This document shows positions 63,935-64,000 of a stretch of 64,000 nt of DNA, in pieces (the stretch's first letter is position 1; the number at the start of each line of letters is the position of its first letter). Source of the stretch: Candidatus Sumerlaeota bacterium (GTDB lineage: Bacteria; Sumerlaeota; Sumerlaeia; SLMS01; JAHLLQ01); assembly GCA_030156535.1 (NCBI GenBank), contig JASGMJ010000022.1:9987-73986 (forward strand). The letters run 5' to 3'. A program made the position numbers and the translations under genes. The notes beneath the pieces were generated by a model. That model did no database searches. It was given only the letters and a program-made list of their open reading frames with translations, and was not told the DNA's origin.

Positions 63935-64000
63935 TCAGTTGTCCGCTGCGGTGACGCGATCGAGTTCCTCAAGGGTTGTCTGGCCGAGGGCCACCTTGCG
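63935..64000 (-). CDS. 3' end of a GspE/PilB-type secretion ATPase (partial, continues past window end)
   Basis: My translation of the reverse strand gives RKVALGQTTLEELDRVTAADN*, which matches the conserved C-terminal G-x-T-[ST]-x-E-E-[VL]-x-R-V-T of GspE/PilB ATPases. Only 21 codons are visible. Confidence 0.55.
   Translation of the reverse strand, partial: RKVALGQTTLEELDRVTAADN

Overview
GC-rich, gene-dense bacterial chromosomal segment. I call about 47 protein-coding genes on both strands. I recognised no rRNA, tRNA, CRISPR array, transposase or integrase. Prepilin-type pseudopilins (FTLIELLIVVAIIAILAAIAVPNF...), dockerin-like, PEGA and LamG secreted proteins, and sigma-54 regulation suggest a PVC-like or candidate-phylum heterotroph; this is inference only. 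(1) 1-19.9 kb is an alpha-glucan (starch/glycogen) utilisation supercluster. It holds MalF/MalG-type permeases, four GH13 enzymes (two exported with CBM48-like modules, one 1551-aa giant with LTD and dockerin-like tail, one cytoplasmic), a pseudopilin plus secreted tandem-module protein operon, an SGNH/TPR hydrolase and a CBM20-esterase. (2) 20-38 kb holds a PAS-PP2C phosphatase, two GH38 paralogs flanking a secreted FGE-sulfatase-domain protein, a HAD hydrolase, an APH-type kinase/pseudokinase pair around an FMN reductase, hprK, a GH57 enzyme and an aminotransferase. (3) 38-47 kb holds valS, a DUF502 protein, an NtrC-type regulator, a PilT/PilU ATPase with a long Pro-rich tail, and acpH. (4) 47-50 kb is a lower-GC islet with a LamG protein and two more pseudopilin genes, one interrupted by a 43-nt insertion. 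(5) 50-64 kb holds DUF2284, nusB, an orphan efflux adaptor, a histidine kinase, a glycosyltransferase/DUF4384-PEGA/phosphodiester-glycosidase cluster, a repeat lipoprotein, a COG1579 zinc-ribbon protein, a PilT-N-only ORF and the 3' end of a GspE/PilB ATPase. My best candidate for something new is a pseudopilin-linked alpha-glucan capture and import system. Its parts are a CBM48-like module built into a permease loop, a pseudopilin co-transcribed with a secreted tandem-module protein, and a shared C-terminal V-x-[ED]-W-x-x-[YF] tail on three exported proteins. All family calls rest on motifs read by eye; no database search was run. Most long ORFs in the track that lie antisense to these genes are high-GC artefacts.
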